DNA of 64,000 nucleotides from Octopus sinensis (lineage: Eukaryota), in NCBI RefSeq assembly GCF_006345805.1, contig NC_043009.1, positions 19,344,001 through 19,408,000 on the forward strand, in the 5' to 3' direction. A model generated the notes under the pieces. That model did no database searches and was not told where the DNA came from. It was given only the letters and a program-made list of their open reading frames with translations. The translations under genes were made by a program, and so were the position numbers. Positions 11,831-25,563 of the stretch are shown here, one piece after another; within the stretch, counting starts at the first letter, position 1; each line of letters starts with the position of its first letter.

Positions 11831-13289
11831 CTGCAAAGGTAAAAAAAAAGCATAAGTACAACAGAACTCAATGTATGAAAAAATAATACAAAAGAATAAC
11901 ATGCAGGCTGTGAATTGACAGATTTGTTAGTTTGTATCTCTGCACTCTGAGTTCAAATCCTACCAAAGTCAACTTTGCATTTCATTTTTAAATAGTTGAT
12001 AAATAAAGTATCTACTACTCATAGAGATAAACAGAATTGTTAGAGCCTTAAATGAGATACAATATGCTATCTGTTGCAACTCTTTGTTCAAATTTCATCT
12101 CCTATCATCAACCTACTCATGGTGGGGACAAATCCTTTGGGATCTGGCTAATTGTAACAGACTTCCAATGTCAGATGAAGTGATGCATGATTATGCAAAG
12201 ATGCAAATGCAGATCTTGCAATAGAAGCAGAACAATTGCTAAGACAAAATAAAATTCACAAGATTATGAACCGAGTCTTTAGTACAACTCAACTATTAAC
12301 CTAATTTTAGGTGATCAGATGCACTCCCATCGTGCTATAGAAAATAATACAAACCAAGATGGTTTTCACAACATTCCACTTAGTCTATATTTACAGGATA
12401 ATGAGTCTCAACCTTCCCCTGTAAACATATCAACTGAAGGTAGTTTTCTAAGCATTATGAGCAACACAAATGCCCACTAGAATAATAACGAACACTGGGA
12501 CATATCCTCACAAAATATAAAATAGCCATGGCAAAAGTGGTTTCCTTTTGTTTTATTTACGTAGATAAAATTACCTACAGAGACATTAAGATAAATGCTA
12601 ATATATGGATGGAAACATCACAATACACAATTAATAAAAACGACAGGAAAATAACCAAAAGAGTAGAACAGAAGACAGAAAAACCTGATAATGCATTCCT
12701 TTTTCAACTGTACTTGTGAGTAACTGTTTATATTATGACAGAAACTGCTGCATTATGTTCACAGATACACTAATCTAGTGACTGAAATGCATTTTTTTTT
12801 TTACATATGATGAAACTAATAAAAATCATACATTCTTCACTAAACTAGGATTATATGTCTTCTATGTAAGACTGCAGGTTTTGCAATAAAGACAAATTGA
12901 TTATTAAATAAATACTTCAGTTGATTGGCTACAGTCAAGTTACAAATTTGCTCCAAATAGAGTTGAAACGGCTATCCACTAGTAGTAAAACTTCAACTGC
13001 CCTGTCCACTTGATTTAGAATTAGCAGCCAAATTTGCCTTGAAGCAATTCCCACTATCTGGATAAGGAGAAAACTTTTTAAAATTTCAGAATACAGTAAA
13101 CTGGAAGTACGCCTTTTTACTTGCAACTCTCAGCACCAACAAGAACTTGTTGCCTGTACATAGCACTACAATGACAAAACAAAACTAAAACAAAAGTATT
13201 ATGCACAAAATACACAACAACCAAAGTAACTAATGAACACCATGTAATACAAAAAATTGAACATAAAAACAGTTTAAAAATTACTTTTA

Positions 13290-14640
13290 TTTCCCATTAC
13301 CTAAATAAAATAATGCATAGGTACTACAACACTCAATACATGATTATAAGGAGAGCATGAGAGTAGGATAGAAATGGAAGCATTCAAAATGAAAACCAAC
13401 ACTACCATCCTATCAGGAGTTACTAAATTATTTTAATACTGAGAGACTTCAATACAGGCAACACCACCTGGCACAAAATCAACACAGGCAAGAGACAAGA
13501 AGTATCACATCTAAAGTCCTTTTCTATCCTAAATGACCAACACACCTTCATATCTCAACAAACTTAAGTCAAGCAAATAAGGAAATTTCTACATAGTTGT
13601 TCACCTGCAAGAAATAGCTGCCAATTCCCCCATTAAATTATATCCTACAATTTTGAAAGCAGAAAGGATACACTGGATAATGTTATCTAAGATATACAAA
13701 ACATAGTACAGTCATGAGTGGACACCTTTGATTATAGATTTGCTCATTCACATACCAAGTATCACGACCAAATGGCAAAGAATATCCCAACTTTCTGCTA
13801 ATCACCTGCCAATCATTATCACCAAATACTCATCAATGAATAAAACATTTTAAATACTTCAAAAAAATTCAGTTGAATCACTTAAACCAACAAACAATAT
13901 TCAGGTTTTTGGAATTCCTCTACTCCAAAATCAGAAACACAGATTCTGCAGTACATACGTTTAACAAAATAATTGGAAAAGCATCCAAGATATATAATCC
14001 ACAAAAAGACAAAAGAACGATACTAATAACAAAGTTAAAACAACCAATCTAACAGAACTAGAAACAACCTCAAAACATCAAAACAGACCAAAAAGGAAAT
14101 TAAACATATTAGATTAATAAACATTTGTATTCGTTATAAACTACAAATGAAGTTGTAAAACACTACTGAGAATAATTAGCAGGATGAAGAACACTCTCAG
14201 CAGACCACATGTACAATGTGGCATAGCCACATTTCAACAGTAACCAAACTTCTTTACCAAAAGACTTCCTTAAATAGTCACCAAGAACACTACATGTATA
14301 AAATGAATTTCGTGCTTAGAGCAGGACCTTAACACTTTATTCCATTATATATCAGAAATATAGCAGAAGATTGCAAGGGCCTGACAAAAATCACATAAAT
14401 AGATATAAAATACTTAGGATCTGAAGAAATTATTGCACTCACTAGCATCATCAACTCCTCATCAACACTATTAAATTTGCTCTGAAAATTGAGCAAGTGT
14501 AACCAAAGTAACATCACCTACACATACTCATCTCAACTGCCTGTGAACAATAGCCTCACTACTCTTTAAACCAGTCTAGAAAGATTCATTCTTAACAATA
14601 CTAAACAATGCATTCTTTTCCTAACAACATAGCTTCAGAA
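13290..14640 (+). mobile_element. Highly degraded LINE (APE endonuclease remnant)
   Basis: LILRDFNTGNTTWH (GDFN motif) near 13435 and WQRISQLSANHLPIIIT (SDH motif) near 13775. A-rich sense strand. Confidence 0.55.
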
Positions 14641-14869
14641 CACTATCTTCATCCACCACACTAATCAAAAATCCCATACAAAGAATGAATGAATGAATAA
14701 ATGAAATAAGGAAGGAAGGAAGGAATGCGAAGGAAGGGAGAGAGGGAGGAAAGAGAAAGAAAGAAAGATAAACAAAAGATATACAATTAAACTGATTCAT
14801 ACCTACTAAAAACAGCACCAAATGCAAGTTGGAAAACCATCTACTTTCACATCACCAAAATTTATAAAA

Positions 14870-15115
14870 TTACCAGCTTAAAAGCCACCGTATCAGGCAG
14901 CTTTTAAGCTAGCTCCTACAGAGGGCTCTTCATGGGGCCTTGGGCCCAACTATGACACTTCATGCATTGAGTACATATGAAATTTTACTAAACTTGACCA
15001 ATATTTTCCAAGCAATGAACAATTTTTATCAAAACAATGATAGAATTTGTCAAATTACCCAAAATCTCGTAAGTGAAATTTGACAGACAGACATTGTGCA
15101 TAAAACCAACATATA
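14870..15115 (-). mobile_element. Possible small non-autonomous Helitron/HINE-like element
   Basis: CTGT repeats near one end. Hairpin agcttaaaagc...gcttttaagct ending CTGG|T at the other. Confidence 0.35.
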
Positions 15116-15659
15116 TGTATATGTTAATTTGTGTGTGTGAGTGTGTGAACTAGTGTAAAATTTAGTTGTTCAATAAGTAAAATCAATAAATAAGTTTTAT
15201 CCTTGAAAATAAGTAAAGAGGCAATACATGGTGGTTACAACATGGTTGTGGTGTAAGTGATTCACAATAACAGATTTAGGATATGTAATTTCTCAAATGG
15301 ATTTCTTCTTTGCACACAGCCTTGTATAGCACAGCAGTCATATGTGATTGCAAGTGATGGCCAGAGTGTAGTATATATACAAGAGGAAGTAAAAAATGAT
15401 CTGCAATTACACCAAAACAAAAATTGTTGTTGACTCTCTTTACCAACTATATCTTTGAATATATAGCTTGTACAGCCGTTACATTGAACTACGCCTATTT
15501 TCCTCAGTGACCACTAAATTACTGGTACTCTGTCAAAAGCTTTCTCCAGATCAATGGCAGTCAGGAATAGAGGTTTACTCTTGGCCAAGTATTTTCCCTG
15601 CTACTGCTTCTTTCAAGGACAAAACCAAATTGTATCACATGAAGCTTTACTGTCACCTA

Positions 15660-17100
15660 TTAAGTGTGCTATGACTCTTTCTGTGGCCTTCATAACCCGA
15701 TCTAGTAGTTTGATACCTCTATAGTCGTTTCTCTTTTATCTTTACAGCAGCTTAGGATATTGTCATGCCAGTCATTGGGTATGACAGCCTCTCGTATGGC
15801 TTGATTAACTATCTGGATAGTAACTATTATGCTACCTCACCAGATATTTAGTATATCTCTGCAGCTATCCCTGATGAACACACAGCTTTCCTTTTCTTCA
15901 CATCCTTGATTGCTTTCTCTTACCACATTGCTGTCACCTTGAATTGCTCGTCCTCCTGTAAGGTCAAAATTAGGTAGCACCTCTTTGATCCCATGCATCC
16001 TTCCTGTTCAGTAGCCTTTCATAACAACACTTCCAAGCTACTTCCTTGTCTTCCATGTCAATGGTGAGGATAGCTTCAGAATTCTGAATACACTTCCATT
16101 TTCTCTCATACCTTGTCTTGCAATCGTGAACACTTCATGCCTCTGATCCTCACACTGCAGAACAAGTGTACATCTCATCCTTTCTGCCTCACCTTCAGTC
16201 ACGTATACCTATCATTTAGCTATCTTTATAGCATTAGGTAACGCTTTCTTCTACCATCTTCCTTCTATGTTTTCCAAACCTGCCTCCATTTACATGTCTG
16301 ATTTGTAGCCTTATTCACGTTATTTCAGAGAAATTCCCAGTTGCCATCTATGCTACAAGTTTTCTTCCCAACAGTCACATGCATCAATTAAAATTCTTCC
16401 AAATCTATTCCCAATTCTGGGTCTTTTAGATTCTATATCTTCCTTCTCCAAGTCACCTGTGTCTGCCCCATTCCAACTCTGAAGTCACTATCCTGTAATC
16501 TATATTAGGAGGTGCATTCCTCACCAGGAAAGGTTTTGGTATTTGCGGAATTACAACCGTGTTTCGTGGTTTGCTACCACAACAGCTCCTTTATAGGATC
16601 CAGTTAGCTCAAGACATCATCAGGAGGAACCACGTCCGGTTTCAGCCCCTACTCCTCTACCATTTTGACGTGGCGGGGCCCCCCCTTTCGGAGGTGTGTT
16701 CAGCTCTGGTGTTGGGTACATGTCTTCTTTCTTCTTCTTTCTTCTCTTCCCTGGCCTCTTCGATGTATCGTCAGCGAGTGTCAGCCGGTGACTGACTATC
16801 TTGTCAAATTTTCCTTTAAATACCTGCCGCATAGGCTCCAGCAGGCAGCCCCAGCAAGTTGTCATGTGACACTGTCTCACCTTAACTGACTAGTGAAGCT
16901 GTTTCCTGGTGTGAGTGTAATCTAATGCAGAAGAATTTCTACTGTTTTTTGTTGCCTGTGAGTAGTTTGGATGAGGATCCCTTCCATCTTACCTCCTCTA
17001 CATAACATAAATTTACTCATCTCCTCTGCAACATTTCCACCCTTTTAACAGACCTACCATTCCTCATTTCTACACTTACAGTTAAAGCACTAAAGTTTTA
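15660..17100 (-). mobile_element. Degraded RTE LINE fragment (APE to RT start) containing an unrelated insert at 16544-16885
   Basis: Antiparallel similarity to the plus-strand RTE at 18720-21340 (EVRWKG, PGEECT, GNWEF, IARQ, KAIKD segments). Confidence 0.75.
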
Positions 17101-17793
17101 GAACTTACAAGAAGAAGGGATGTGATTTCAGTGGTAAAGCTGCTTAGTTATTGGTACATTAAAGTCTGGCAGCATCAGTATGTGGGGTAAGAAAAAAAAA
17201 GTTGGCAGATTTACACACATGATAAATTTTATCCATTTCATTAAATTTGCCATCATTCCTTCTCCAACACTTGATCATATGCTATGATAAGTACCATTCA
17301 AACTATTATCCCTGAAAGAATAAATATATACAGATTTCTAGTGTTGTTAATGAATACCTTGTTATGTGTGTTTGTTATGACTTACATTTTTTTTTTATTT
17401 AATATATGAATGAGTGAGCAGTGGAGTGTGGAGTCATAGAGAGTAGGGGGTTGGGGTTTGTTACTGATTAGTCAAGGGAAGTGAGGGAAAAACAAACTTC
17501 TGGTGTACATGGTGGGGTGGGTAAGGGTAGGAACATCATGAATAAACAAGCCTTGAGTTTGTGTGTATGAGTGTGTGTGTGTGTGTGTGTCTGTCTGTGT
17601 ATAACCTTGTTTTGACTTTATGTGATGGCTGTAAATAAGAATCATCATTATACAAGCAATGTTACTTGTTTCCATCTGTCTGTGAAAAACGTCTGGCCTA
17701 GGGATTGGCAACAATAAGAGTAATCAACCATAGAAAAGCTGTCTCAACAAATTGTCTGACAAATGCCAGCATGAAAACACAGATGTTAAACGA

Positions 17794-17824
<31 letters not shown>

Positions 17825-18309
17825 AATGGCTTTGACATATTGCCACTCCTACTATTAGGAATCTATTGAATTATGACTGTCCTGTCAAAAACCCAATAAT
17901 CAATGACATTATTTACAATATGTAGCATATAAAATTTATAAGTACACCCCTCAAATACATTTGTATATTTACACACCACACCTCGTCAAATAACTGAGCC
18001 TCTCCACAACTGTTCACTTTCACTAAGATGGTAGAGATAATCGCAGCCAAAACTCTCTGCAGTTATGCCTGTCACCTTAGAAAGAAACACATCAAATAAG
18101 TAGTCCTCTGCCCCAATAAAAGACATGATGCCAATGTCAGATATTTTAAATCTTATGTTTACTTGATCAGAGCCTCCCTGGGGAGTAAAGAACAACCAGC
18201 AATGGACCATAGGCCAGCAGGATCAGTGCAGACTAGGGCTATATAACAACAGTAAACTCATTTTCAAACACAAATACATTGATAGGTATATTACAAATAT
18301 CTTTCTTAC

Positions 18310-18437
18310 CTGACCATGAAGAGCAGCCTAATAATGCAGTTGGTGAAGTGAAAGGTTGTATAAAAGATGATGACAGCACAATACATAGCATTATTCCACT
18401 GTTGCACATACCAAACAGATAAAAATGTTTGAAAAAG
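18310..18437 (-). CDS. SRD5A3: Polyprenol reductase, coding exon 2 (FFKHFYLFGMCNSG...LLGCSSWSG)
   Basis: Acceptor ttttttttcatag|, donor |gtaaga. 128 nt, phase 2 to phase 1. Carries the FxHFY family motif. Confidence 0.92.
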
Positions 18438-18719
18438 CTATGAAAAAAAATATAACAACATAAAATAAATAACATTTTAAAGCATTTACATTTTACAGAG
18501 TAAAATAACAGTAATACTATTTTTCAGGACTTGAGCAATATTGTAATTCATGGAGCAATAATGTTTCTGTAATTAACTGGGCACATGCACAAGCCCTTTG
18601 CATTTGGGCAAACATTTGCATGAACCTTCTTTTCAAATGCTACACACTTAGTTTTCCCAAACAATCCACAACCTTAAAACAGACACAATCAATATGGCCA
18701 CAATGAAAAGCCAATCTAG

Positions 18720-21700
18720 AGAGATTATTAAAATGCTAGAACAGTGTTGTGTATAGATGTGTAGGTGTGTGTTGTGTGAGAAAAGTAAGATGGAGGGGAA
18801 CCTCAGCTAGACTTCTCATGGGTAAAGAACAGAGATATAATTTCTTCTGAGTGGGAAATAGTGATGGTGTGGGAGATTTGAGCATGCTTTTGGCAGAGAA
18901 ATGAATAGAGATGTTCAAAGAAGTCAGAGTGTGAGATAAGATAATTAAGCTAAGACTAATCTTGGGAAATACTGCAGCAACACTTCTCTTTGTATATGCT
19001 CCTCAATCAAGACTGGCAGATGAACAAAAGGATTTTTGGCAGATTACCTTCATGACAAATGACAGTGACCTTATCATTGTGGGTAGTGATTTCTTGAACA
19101 TAGGCAGCAACCCAATGGATTTCACGGTCTACATAGATGTTTGACTTTGATCCTAGAAATGAGGAAGGAACATAGCTCTTGGAATTCTGAAATGCAAATG
19201 ACCTGATCATTTGCAACTCAAACTTCAGAAGTTTAGAGGAATACTAGTTGAAGCATTCAACAAGAAAGAAAAGAAGATACAGACTTATAACATAAAGGAG
19301 AGTCAGAAGTTTCCTTCAGACAGTCTACTGCTGGCAGCAGACATTATTTGTGGCTGGTGCAAAGTTCCAGCTTAGCCAAAGATAATATGGTGGCAGAATA
19401 GTGAAATAGATAGAGCCATAAAAGCAAAGAGAGAGGCCTGGAGGAATTGGCAAAATGGGGGTAGCAGAGAAATATAATAGGTGACTTGAAGAAAAGCTAG
19501 GAGACAGGTTTATTTAGCAAGGAGAGAAGCAGAATGGAAGAGGTCTGCCAATGTTCTATGGTATGAGGAGCAAAGGTATGGGGTATTCTACATTGCCAAA
19601 CAGTGTAACAAAGAAAATCATGATGCTGCAGGAGAAAAGTGTGTTTAGATGGATGGTGGTACACATGCGCTTTATAATTCTGAAAAGAAAGAGTCATGGA
19701 AGTGCTACTATGAAAGGCTATTAAATGTGGAGAATGCATGACAGAAGAAGAGTCTTCCAAACATGGACTCTACAAAATCCTGCTATCCTAGTTAACAGCA
19801 GTATGATAAAGCAATTAAGGATATGAAGACAGAGAAAGCCTGGTCTATGAGGATTTACTGCTGAGATACCAAAAATAACAAGCAGAGTGGGATACAGACT
19901 AATCCCCCATACAGTTATTATACAGAAAGGTATCATACCTGACTGGTATAGTTGCATTATAGTCAACTGTTACAAGGGTTAATGATATGATTTAGGGAGA
20001 AATAATTACAGAGGTATCAAATTGCTGGACCAGGTCATGAAAGTTACAGAAAGGGTTATAGCTAATTAGGAAAAGAGTTAGCCAAGAAAAGATGCAGTTT
20101 GGTTTTGTGACAGGGAGAAGTATTGTTGAGGCTCCCTTTATAGGAAGGAAACTGCAGCAGAAGCATTTAGTCAAAAATAAACCACTGTACTTGATATTCG
20201 AAGTAGAGAGGGTAGCTCACTTTGTGATCTGGTGGCCAATGTAGGAACTAAAGATAAACAAATGGCTGATGAGAGTTCTCCAAGCCATGTATGAAGGTGC
20301 TGTCAATAAGGTGAGAGTGTGCAGGTAGGAAGTGGCCAGTGAGTAGTTCCCAGTCTCCTCTTCGTCCTCCAGGTTATAGCAGCAGTTTAACTGGTTGCCC
20401 ATAGGAGCTTCTCTATGCTGATGGCTTTGTTCTTTTAACTAAATCTATTGTAAAACTGGAGGAGAAATTCCAGGTGTAGAAGCAAAACCTGGTAACAAAG
20501 GGCATTAAAATTAACTGGGCAAAGACCTGAGTTCAAGCAAGCAGTGAAACAGGCAAATCACTAACTTTTCAGGAAAATAACCTTGCTTGAGATGTAGAAA
20601 AGGTAAAGGTCAAAATTCCCATATGGTGTACCAGTGCAAACTATAGAGACATAAGAGGTGCAGTGGAATTGCAGAAAGGTGTCAAGTAAATTTTGAATGT
20701 GGCAGATGCACACAAACACTAAGAACACAAATGAAATGCATTTTCTCAATTGGCCAGGATGATCGTTAGAGGTAGCAGATAGTTTCTATTACTTGGGTGA
20801 CTTAATTAGCAATGGAGGAGGATGCTAGAGTAAGAACCAGCAGCTGGAGAAAGTTTATAAAGCTATTATGTTTGTTGGTAACAAAAGGCTGCTCTCTCAG
20901 AGTGAAAGGCAGATTGTATGATACATGTGTATTAAACTGCAATGCTACATGGCAGTGAAATGTAGGTCCTGAATGCAGAGGACATGTGAAAGCTAGAAAG
21001 AAATGATGCTTGCAAGCTCCACATGATGTGCAACATCAGTGTACATGGACGACATAGTGCAAATGTGTTGAGAGAAAAATTGGCAGAAGAGGTATCGAAT
21101 GTAATAGAGAAGCGAGAAGATTGCACTGGTATATTCACATAATGTGTATGGACGAGAACAGCTGCATAAAGAAGTGCTAATTGCTAAATAGGGATGGAAC
21201 CTGTGGAAGAGGGGGACCCAGGAAAATGTGGGACAAAATGATGATCAATAACTTCTTACATTGAATCTCATGGAAGAGATGACAAAAGATGGCGATGATT
21301 GGCAATTTGTTGTGCTCAAGAAGACATGTCTGTCCAAGCAAAAATGAAGCCAGGCTCAGTGTTACCTCTTACACCCTTATTTTCAACTGAATATCCTTTC
21401 TACCTCTCCTCTTCTCCTGTGCACTCTTTCATGATGTCAATGTCAGCCTCCTCACAACTACTTCATTTCTCACTCTTTCCACCTTCATATACCTCTGATT
21501 TTGTCCCTGGCACTATACATTTCTCTCACACTTAACCCCATACACTTCACATCATCTGTGCTGCCACCTTCCACCTCCCTGACCCATACCTACTTCCTCT
21601 ACCTTCTCCTCCAACTTACCTACCTACCTACCTACTCCCCTTATCTAATCCACTGCATCACTTCCTCGAACTTGAGAGTAGGCTCTAACACAGTCTCACC

Positions 21701-22056
21701 ATCATTTCTCTCTTTTCCAAAAGGAGTAACCATGTATTTCCCCTACAGTAAGACACCTGTAGCTGTCTCTCTATCGTCATTTATCCTTTCATCACATGGC
21801 ATAAAGCCACCTCCCTCAATACTACACCCTCAGTTGAAGGTTCTTGTCTTGTGGGCAACTTGATGACCTCCCTGCCGCCAGTGCCACATAAAAGACACCT
21901 GGCACACTTTGTAAAATGGTTGGCATTAGAAAGGGTATGTAGCCATAGAAACTATACCCAAGTAGATATTGGCGCTTGATGCAGTCTTCTGGTTCATCAG
22001 ACTCTATCAAATCATCCAAACTATGGAAAACAGACGTTAAATGATGATGATGATGA
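18720..22056 (+). mobile_element. Near full-length but degraded RTE LINE (APE, RT, pyrimidine-rich 3' UTR, GAT tail)
   Basis: VRWRG, VYAPQ, NYRGIKLLDQVMKV, QFGF, ELLYAD, AMLHGSE, RGGPRKMW remnants. Tail at 21860-22056. Confidence 0.9.
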
Positions 22057-22887
22057 CACACACATACACATCTATAGCCCCAGGTCAACCAATGGTTGTG
22101 TGTGAATTTGATTGATGAAAACTGCAGGAAGTCCACTGTCTATGGGTGGGTGTAAGTGTGCACACATGCATATGTATATGTTTATGTGTCTGTGCATAAA
22201 TGCATGTGAACATTGAGATTTCACACTTGTCTCCACTTGAGTGAAATGGTGATGAGGTCAATATACTTATTGAAAATATAATCAGTCATTCTGCACTATC
22301 AAAGATCTCTGTAATAAAAAATCCCTTACTTGAAAAACATGTACTGGTTGGTGAGAGGAAGTGCAACCAGCTGTAAAATCTTACTTCAATTAATTCCAGT
22401 GTCTAACCCATGCTAGCATGGAAAAATGAATGTTAAGCAGAAGAACAATTTAACTGATTCAGAATAATATATATAAAATTCCATGACAGAAACTATAGGC
22501 ATGTACACACACAGACTCACACACATTCATGTGTATGTCAGGTCCTTCTTAGTGAAGGTTAACATGCATATGTACATGCAAGCCTGCGCAAAATATTTTT
22601 GACTACGTTTAACCAAAGGAAAAGCCACCAACTGGGGTGAATACACTTTGGACACCAGCACCATTGCAAAGCTAGAACAAATACTTCAAGACAAGTCAAC
22701 CAACCCTCTAAAGGTTCCACCAATCCATCTCACTGAATTCCTTTTTTATTGACCCTGAAAGAATGAAAGGCAAAACTGACTGCAGTGGCATTTGGACAGA
22801 GAGTGCAGAGTCAAAAGAAATACTGCAAGACACTCTTTTCAACACTCTAATGACTATGAATTTTCTGCCCTCATGTGTGTGTGTGTG

Positions 22888-22919
<32 letters not shown>

Positions 22920-22923
<4 letters not shown>

Positions 22924-24149
22924 GTTGGCAACTAAGTTCCTGAGGTTTTTTTTTATTTAAATTTTTTTAAAGGTTTAATAAAAAAACAACAACTAATTAA
23001 TCAATAATGTATTCACCCTTGTTGTTTACAACTTCTTCCCAATGTTCAACAAGATTTTCAATACCTCGTGGGTAGAAGTCACCCTATTTCAACTCGAAAA
23101 ATTGATCCAACCAAGCTCTCAATTCTGCATCAGTACTGAACAAAATTCCATGCATAGCATTTGAAAGAGATCGAAAGAGGTGGAAATCCATTGGTACCAA
23201 ATCAGGAGAGTACGGCGGGTGTGGCAGCAATTCCCAGCCATGCGTTTGAATGGCTTCCTCGGTCATATTGGCGATATGAGGGCAGGCGTTGTCGTGCAGC
23301 AGAACTAAATGCTGCCAATTAGGTCTTTTCTCTTGAATAGCCACGTTGAGTCATTCCATCTGTTAAACATAGAGTTCCGCGTTGACCATTTGGTTCTGTT
23401 CAAGCAATTCGGAATGGATAATCCCTTCCCAGTCCCACCAAACACACAACATTGTTTTACACGAATGAAGATCTTTTTTCACGCGTGGTGTTGCTTGTTA
23501 CCGGAGCTAAGCCATTCCTTACACTACTTCATGTACAGGCACCATTTTTCGTCGCCAGTAAAGAAATCGTTGCTTGTGTCCATGAGTTGAGCAGTGATGA
23601 GCAAGCAAACCAGCAGAGATTGTGGCTCATTGATTTTTGTTGTTGTCACTTAAAGCATGCGGAACCCATGCTCCATATTTCTGAACCTTTCTCATTGAGT
23701 GGAGATGCTTCTCTATGGCAGTGTGGGAGCATTCCATTTTCTCTGCCAGCTTTGTCGTTTGACAAGAATTTTCGTGCAAAAGTTTGTTTAATCGCTCTTC
23801 ATTGAACTCAACTGGACGGCCAGAACGAGGTGCATCTTTGAGGTCAAAATTTCCATTTTTGAATTTGGCCTACCAATCACGAGCGGTTCTTTCATCTATG
23901 GCACCCTCTTCATATACAGCACAAATGTTGTGAGCAACTTTTGCGACCTTAGAACTTTGATTAAAGGAGGTGTCGAAAACGCTTGTTTTTCTTAACTTGA
24001 CATTCCATTTTAATGATCTGAAAATAAACAAAAATTAACTAAAATTAACTAGAAAAAATCAAAATAGATTCCAAAATGATTCAAAAATAGAATTCTCGAA
24101 AAAAATAGATTCCAAAATTTTAAAAACTGGCGGGAACTTAGTTGCCAAC

Positions 24150-24153
<4 letters not shown>
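22920..24153 (-). mobile_element. Full-length mariner (DD34D) transposon with a defective transposase
   Basis: TIRs TTGGGTTGGCAACTAAGTTCC / GGAACTTAGTTGCCAACCCAA in TA context, 1234 bp. LLHDNACPH, HPPYSPDLVPMDFHLF and WVPH motifs. Contains frameshifts. Confidence 0.95.
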
Positions 24154-24210
<57 letters not shown>

Positions 24211-24216
24211 TATATA

Positions 24217-25456
24217 TCTATTATATAAAATCTGTTCTGTCTGTCTGTGTGTATGTGTCTTCTAGGATCTCGGGCATCCTCCATCCGATTGCACTCAAAT
24301 TTGATGTGTAGATACCGACGGTACCAGGGCGAGTATAAGTCTTGAAAAAATTACAAAAATTGATTCCAGGTGAGAATGTGATCAATAAAGCCGTGGGAAT
24401 ATGCATTTGTATGTGCAAGTACATCAGCTGTTGCGATCGATACTATGTGTATGCAAGAAAAATGCACGTATAGTTTGCACAACGAAAGCCAGCTGGCTTG
24501 AAATAATGCCACAAAATGCAGTATATTTAAGAAACCAAAAAAGTAAGATGCAAAAGAGATATTTTCTTCAAACCTGGCATGAAGGAAGAAAAGACTATTT
24601 GCTTTCTCAAGAAGTTTTTTGCCTTAACTTTGTTTAAGAAAACCAAAAATTTTATTGAAATAAAGGCATACTTAATTATTTTTTAATGTAAAGAAACACT
24701 GATTGCTTTTTATTCAAGGAAGAAAATACTATTTTCTTGCTAATAAATGATTTTTGTTGCCTTGCAGCTTTGAACCAAAAAAAGTGTGTTTTTTAGTGAA
24801 AGAAAACCATTATTGTATTGTATTGGCTGTTCGACAAACCCTTTCTACTCCACTCCAGGAGTAACAAGGAATGTGGTTTACAAGGCTGCACTCCACTAGC
24901 TTTTCCATGCTCTTGATCATCCTGTAAAGTAAGTTAGCTTAAAATTAGTTACTTAGTTCCCTAGGTTGTTGCTTTTCATCAAAAATCGCCCCAAGTTGAT
25001 TTCCTATATGTTTTATCGGATAAACTTATTATTGTCCCAGGTACGTTCATAAATTCATCATGCTTTACCATCTAGATTTACCTCCAGCTAACCCATTTGC
25101 ATGCATCGTTTTTGTCCTGCCTTTCTTCCGTCAACCTGTACATAATTGCACCTTCCATGTTTTGTTGTTTTTTGTACTGCTTAAAGGCACGTTTCTTTCC
25201 TGCCAAGCTTACTGTTTAAACAGCCTTATCCATTACTGGTACTTTAAATTCTTCGGTTGCATATTTGTGTTGAATAAAATCGTTTTTCTTTGGAATATAA
25301 AACAGTCTATCTTTATTTCTTCTTTTGCTGGTGTCTCAAATTTAGGTTAAATCAGTATTTCTCAAAGGGTGACGGTCAGACAAGTTGTTTTGAGAAAATT
25401 TGGCTTAAATGTTTAACAACTCAGCACTGTCTATTGGACAGGGGGCGTTTTGCTCA
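24217..25456 (+). mobile_element. Non-autonomous Helitron-like element
   Basis: A|TCTATTATATAAAA start followed by CTGT repeats. Helicase C-terminal remnant GVTRNVVYKAALH* at 24858-24899. Subterminal hairpin ctgtc-tattg-gacag and a degenerate CTRR end. Confidence 0.7.
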
Positions 25457-25492
25457 TATATACACAAACACACACCACATAGACATACATAA

Positions 25493-25563
<71 letters not shown>

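Noticed and set aside
22920-24153. Active or domesticated mariner transposase
   Set aside because: The reading frame is broken by deletions, frameshifts and stops.
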